DNA of 64,000 nucleotides from Neoconidiobolus thromboides FSU 785 (taxonomy: Eukaryota; Fungi; Entomophthoromycota), in NCBI GenBank assembly GCA_025603075.1, contig MU626364.1, forward strand, positions 1 through 64,000, given 5' to 3'. A program made the translations under genes and the position numbers. The stretch's first letter is position 1. Each line of letters opens with the position of its first letter. This document shows positions 57,978 to 64,000 of the stretch, in pieces. The notes beneath the pieces were generated by a model, which was given only the letters and a program-made list of their open reading frames with translations, had not been told where the DNA came from and did no database searches.

Positions 57978-59824
57978 TTATTTTTGTTTAATTTAACTGT
58001 GAGGGCTTTTTTTATTTTATGTTTAGAATAAAGTTAAAAGCACCTAATCCATATTTAAATCAAAGCAGTAGTATCAGGTTTTCTTGCCCAAAATATTCCT
58101 CATTTTTTAATATTTCGCGGCGGTGGTAATAGATTGCAACAGTAAGTATTATCTTTTGTAACTATTACTAATTCTTGAAAAAATTAATTCAATAAAAAAC
58201 ACTGACTAGGTTGACAACCATAATTAGTTTTTCTAGTATAGCATTAACTTTTGCTCTTAAATAGTATTACCTTATATCAATAAAGAGCAATTAATGTAAC
58301 ATTTCTTTTTTTATTTAGAAAATGAAACTTGGAAAATTATTTCAATAATACTTTTTTTGCAATTTTTACAAAAATTTTTTTTGGTTATTTATTTTCAAAA
58401 AATACTAGTAAGTAGATGATTATATTAAAAAATACTCATAAAACAGAAGTATAAAAGAACTATTTTGAAAATTGGTTTTATATAATTTATTAAAATAAGT
58501 ATTATATATTTTATTATAATTCCAACTGTTTTTAGAATTTGTATTTATAACTATTTTACAAATATACAGAGCAAATAATTGTGTATAGATAGTAGGCACT
58601 TAATTGGTGACACAAATGTTAAGTAATATTATACTCTCAAAATAATATGTAAAACAAAAAGCAATCAATTGAGCATAGATAAATATTATAGTTGAAGTAC
58701 AAATTATACTTTAAAGTCTTATACAAAGGTATAGTGGCCAAATACTTACGCATTCAATTTAATCTTAATAATTATAGTTATTGTGTGATTAGTCGAACAA
58801 TAAATTAACATTTTACAATGTTTAATTAGCTAATTAATAAAATATATTAATTACACTCATCTATTTAAAATAATGAATAAAGTTAATTCCTATTCATTAT
58901 AAAAATACATATAAATGAATGATAAGTCGGTAATCAATGTATTTATTTATTAACTAATATAAGTTATAGATTTCGGGTTATTGTAATCGAATTTATAATC
59001 AAGTAACTTGAAAATATTAAATTTATGATTGCTTATAAATTTTTATTAATTGAATAGAGCTACATAGTTTTTTTATAAAAGTCGATTTTTCACTAAATTA
59101 AATTCAACCCTTAAAACCGTATCAAAGGAAAATATTTATGTCATATTATTGAGTACTAGCGCCAAGTTAAGAAGCTAGGGAAAATAATACAAAAATAGTA
59201 AACTTACTTGGAAAAGTTTATTTTAATCTTTAAGCTAATTTTTTCACTAATTGCCAAAACTTTAGATCATTTATTCTTTAAGTTGGAAGTAGTAGATCTT
59301 AATTTATATTGTATACCTTATCTTTGGCTTTATCTTACAAAGGCTGAAATCAGCTCCGTTAATAATCTCCCCTTTAAAATGTTATTTATTTTTGGTTTTA
59401 CTAATAACTTTTAAAGCCAAGCTTCCTGAGCAATTTATTGACTTCTTTCTATTGTAATGTATTTCTAAGCTATATAATTTATAGAGCTTATTATTAAAAT
59501 TTGTTGCTATAAAGTATTTATAATGAAATTAATATTATTAGTAATATACTCTCAGCTAGAATAGAATACCTATAGTAACAGTATACTAAATTCATCATTT
59601 GAACTCCTACAATATAGGATAAGTACTATATCATTAGTAATATACTTAATTATAACATAGTCTCAGTATTAAAAGAATAAGTAAAACAATAACCCATTGT
59701 TTAATATATATATATTTGTTATTTATATTCTTTATTTTAACTTAATTATTGTACACTTTACTAAAAAAATCAAATTTTTAAATCTTATTGTTTTTTAAGG
59801 AGAGGATAGTAAAAATGAAACTCA

Positions 59825-60478
59825 CTAGGAGCTAGAGGAGAAGGAGGGGTTAATGTTTTGGATGTAATTTGTACAATGAAGTGGAAGGAGCTGATGAGCC
59901 TTAACACATTTCTTAGTAGTTCTATGGCGATCATAAATATCTTTACGGTAAAACGAAATATTACAAGGTTTGCAATGATGTGTTTTGATGTTAAAGTGAG
60001 ATCCAATATGTCGCTTTAATACATACTTTCTTTCGAATGATTTTTTACATATATCACATTGATATAATGGCTTTTCTTTGTTATCATTCTTTGTATTGTT
60101 TGTACTCTTTGTACAACTCATATTCTTCTTGATAGGTGAGCTATGTGTATTAGGTGTATTTGGCATTGTATATGGGAATGACTCTTCCACCCTTTCTCTT
60201 TTAACATCTTTCATTGGTAAACTCATTGGTATAGAATCAATAGCTGGCATATTCAACATAGGAGCCTCACAGTAAACAATCTGAGGCTCGTAATAGCTAA
60301 ATTGAGCATCTTGATAACTTAATTGAGTATCTAATGAATAATCGTTATAATAAGGCCATACTAAGTCTTGTTGTACATTTGTATCAGATAAAAAGTTATA
60401 ATCTGGTACAACTATTGGTGAAGAAAAATACTCGGTATCTAGATAGGCATATTGTGGATATAATGTGTTGTTATTCAT
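59825..60478 (-). CDS. C2H2 zinc-finger transcription factor (one C2H2 plus one C2HC-type finger)
   Basis: YQCDICKKSFERKYVLKRHIGSH, then HHCKPCNISFYRKDIYDRHRTTKKC; aromatic/acidic N-terminus. TATAAAT at about 60570 and CCAGCCAATG at 60694-60703 upstream on the minus strand. Confidence 0.85.
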   Translation of the reverse strand: MNNNTLYPQYAYLDTEYFSSPIVVPDYNFLSDTNVQQDLVWPYYNDYSLDTQLSYQDAQFSYYEPQIVYCEAPMLNMPAIDSIPMSLPMKDVKRERVEESFPYTMPNTPNTHSSPIKKNMSCTKSTNNTKNDNKEKPLYQCDICKKSFERKYVLKRHIGSHFNIKTHHCKPCNISFYRKDIYDRHRTTKKCVKAHQLLPLHCTNYIQNINPSFSSSS

Positions 60479-63400
60479 TTTTTATGTTATACTTTTTTAA
60501 TAAGCTATAAATAAATAAATTTAATTTTTTTATAATTTGATGTTTAAAACTTTGAAGAAAATCAAGTGTATTTATACTTTGATCTATAAACAAAGTTTTC
60601 TTTTTTAATAATTATTCTTTCAGTAATATTATTATTCTTTGAGCTTTTCTATTGAAAGGCTCTTTATTCGCTTTTTATTTCTAGTTGCCTATTCATTGGC
60701 TGGACATTACTTCAGTTTAAATTTGTATTCACTTTTTTCCTTAGAAATTTTGTCATTGTTTTTCTTAAATTGCCAATTTAAGGGTTTTTAGTAAGATTTC
60801 ATTCTAAATAGGAAATAAAAGGCAGATGCTGAAAATTTTTAATCATCTATTCTTAATTTATTAATAGATTTCTTAGTTTATTAGGAAATTGCGTCTGTTT
60901 AGAAAAGTTAATTCTTGTTTTGGGTATTGAGTACATTTTTTTAATAGCGAATAACATTATGCATTGGGTTTTTGGGTTTTTTATCTTTTACGCATCTTAA
61001 TTTTTTTCGGTTTAAGATTATCCAAAATTATTTTACTGAAGGATAGTATCAAGAATATCTAGATGATAATGTAGTAATAAATCTAGAGTTTTGAATTTTA
61101 TGACATTTTTGACATTTTGACATTATGACTTATAAAGTAAAGATCAAGTAATCAGTCTTATATATCCCAATATTTTGATAAGAGATTTCAAAAATATACA
61201 TAGAGAGATCATAATAAAATTATTTAATAGCACTTGACTTTAGTTTCTAAATTCTGTTTTTCTAATCAGTTGACCTGTAAAAGTTACAACCAATCAATTA
61301 TACAGGGTATGAGCAATCTGAAACATTAAAAGTGTTATTGTATAATAAGTGAAACCTTAGAAAAAATCTTCAGAATTGCCCTCAAATAACTTACAAATGA
61401 TATCCACTTTGCAAATAAGATTAAGTTATCTAATTGAGTGAGAACAAGGGATAAGATTAGGGTCAAAAACATGGAAGTTCTTATAGATAGTAAAATAAAA
61501 TTAAAAATAAATGAATTGAATAATTATTGAATTATTATTAGTTCAAAAATATTAGTAATTTTTAAAGATTTGGCCGCTTATCTAAAACCAAACTCTTGAA
61601 CTTTTTGATAGCTCTTTATAAAATACTCCGTTTACCATATTTAATAATATTTCCTTATGTAGTAAGAGAAAAAAGCAAGTTTATGCAAAAAGCTGAGAAA
61701 CTTGAAACGCTAAAGTTTTGATACTGCTTTCAATAAAGCTTATAGCTAGGATGAAGTTGGAGTAGAAATAAGTTTATCCACATTTTTAAGTGCTCTAGAC
61801 CATAATTCTAAATAGCAAAAACCTTTGTTGCTGATACTTTGCAACTTTGTTAAAGTAATAGATTAAATTAAATTTAAAATAATCAATATGGTTAAAGTTA
61901 AAATCAAAGTAGCTAATGATCCATCCACACTTTATGAGCTAAATTGCGAAACAGTATATAACAAGTAATTGAAGAAAAAGAGTGGTGATTTATAGGGATG
62001 TACGACGTATTATATAACGGACTTAAATTATTCTATTCAATAAGTAGAAAATTGCCGCATACTAACATGAAAATTTAAATAAATTATTCTAAAATAAATT
62101 GTATAATTAAATCACATGTTCTTAAGCATATCAAAACCTTAACTATTATAATTAGTTTAATTTCAAAAAAATTAAAATATAATTGTGCTAAAAATAAATA
62201 GCGAATATTAAGTCAAAAAAAGTCAAAATTTTACTTTTATATTTTTAATACTTTCTTTTTTAGACCAATAAAGGATCTATTAGCTATATTTATTAATGTT
62301 TGGCTAACATAGGAACAGTTAGTAACAAAGTAAAATTGCCTTCAATAAAAATAAGATAGTAAAATTAGTTTAAAATAATAAATATTAAAAAATAACAAAG
62401 TTGTAAGAAATTAAATAGTTGCAATTTTATGAAGCAATAAAAATGACATAGTTTTACTTTAATAAATCCGTGGCTATTGGAAAAGGCCTAGAGCACGCGA
62501 AATACTTTTCCGCATTTTATCTTTCCGAATAACCATTTTAGTTAAAGCAAATCTCATTTACCATTTGAAATTTTAAAGAAAAGCCCAAAATGAAGCACAT
62601 TATTTTCGTACATTTTATTACTTGTTTTAGTAAAAAGACAGTCCTTAATAATTCTATTTCATATATGATTTTATTCATCAATTTGATTTATAATAAGCAT
62701 TATTTAATACATCATGATATTTAATATAATATTAAACATTTACTTTGACATCCCCTCATATTATGCTCTTTTTTCAATTATTAATCAGTAGAGTAAGGAT
62801 TAAAGATTTGAGACAACAATTTACAGTTTTCAACAAAAAACAAATACAATTATTGAAATTAAAATCACATCCAATCAAAAGTTGGGAGATTAAAATTTGA
62901 ATAAATAAAAGCTCAAAAACTAGAGATTTTAAACTATACTTGTTATTTTTTTCATTAAAAATTAGTTTTTTTGTTCAAAATTGGTGAAGTTGCTACCTCA
63001 AATCTACAACTTAATTCCGAAAATATCAGATAACAATAAATAATATTGGAAAAAGATATATATGAAAATAAAAGATATGAATTGTTATGCCATTATTTTA
63101 CTCCCACTGAAAATTTATTTTATTTATTAAAACATAATAGATTGGACATAATTTTAAATGTCGTTTAACAAAATCTTAAACTAAAGGATGTATAAGGGAA
63201 TTTATAAAGCAGCCCGATTTTTTGATTTGCACTAAAAACAGGTCATAGGGGCTACAATGGTAGTTTTGGTTCTTAAATTTTTGATAAGAAATCATTTTTT
63301 ATCTAATATTTTTTAATTTTACTTAAATTAGATAATTATTACTATTTTACAATCACTAATAATAAAATATTGGCTAACTTATGTTGGCTCAAATAATTGT

Positions 63401-64000
63401 TCAGAAAACTAAAAACCAATAGCATAGTAGAGAGTGTTATTTAGATGTCCTAATCAATAATATTTTTGGATTTTTAGGCCAAATTTTACAAGAATTGATT
63501 TTGTGATTGCTGTTAGTTACTCTTACAACTTGTGCTACAAAAAAGATCACATTATTATAAAGTAATTTATACTTAAAATTAACATGAGACGATACAAACG
63601 ATTTTATAGTAAAAATCATAAATCTGTTATCCAGTTGGCTTATGAAAGTACAATTTTAAAGTTCATATTAGTTTTTCTTAAAATAAAAGGATTTCTGATA
63701 ATCTTAGTTTTGATCAATTTGAAACGTGAAGGTCTAGGACTGCTATAGTAAATTCTTTTACTCAAAAATAATTGAATTTAGGTATAAAATCTATTTGCTG
63801 ATACAATTAACAACTTTTATTTGTTTAATTTTTTGAAACTTTATTATTTAATCAAACTTAATGAGAAGGTGTTTTTGTAGTAGTGAGAGGGATATGCTTA
63901 ATGAACAAAGAAAGTATTAAACTCAAAGCAGAAAAGGGGACTAAAGATAGGAACATAATACGATAAGCAGTCAAGTAAGCTTGAATGGCTAGAGCATGTT

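Noticed and set aside
31649-60275. ORFs at 31649, 35427, 35935, 35969, 36221, 47846, 50155, 59785 and 60078
   Set aside because: Overlap real genes in other frames or on the other strand; no independent motifs
58113-62513. E2F/SCB-like sites TTTCGCG (58113) and CACGCGAAA..TTTTCCGC (62494-62513)
   Set aside because: A rough base-composition estimate (about 25% GC) gives one or two CGCGAAA sites per 64 kb by chance, and no cell-cycle gene start is nearby
61400-64000. Gene-poor tail with short ORFs (e.g. 63437-63619) and possible relic peptides
   Set aside because: No recognisable domain or consistent exon structure; left unannotated

Overview
Very AT-rich eukaryotic genomic DNA from a fungus. 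The short GT-AG introns of about 40-90 nt, many intronless genes, Zn2Cys6 factors and MET10/BUD22-type genes suggest an early-diverging lineage such as Zoopagomycota; this placement is inference only. Housekeeping genes: TAP42, MPDU1-like, HYPK-like, MET10, MLH1, PPC decarboxylase, LST8, BNA1, NDUFB7, PUS3/DEG1, NDUFS4, NCP1/CPR, SUA7/TFIIB, BUD22, VPS39, HAUS6-like and a C2H2 zinc-finger gene. There are five intronless tRNA-Lys genes: four identical CTT copies (two as a tight inverted pair) and one TTT. Main accessory findings: (1) a tail-to-tail pair of signal-peptide-bearing prolyl oligopeptidases (S9A), both with a CxxC insertion directly after the catalytic His; (2) about 22 copies or fragments of a ~97-bp MITE with GGG...CCC/CTC ends and 4-bp TSDs, one of which sits at a deletion junction inside a decayed Sola-like transposase; (3) a three-member Zn2Cys6 tandem array with one intact gene and two pseudogenes absent from the ORF track; (4) an orphan 91-aa secreted Cys-containing protein. 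All calls were made by eye and by motif recall; no searches were run.
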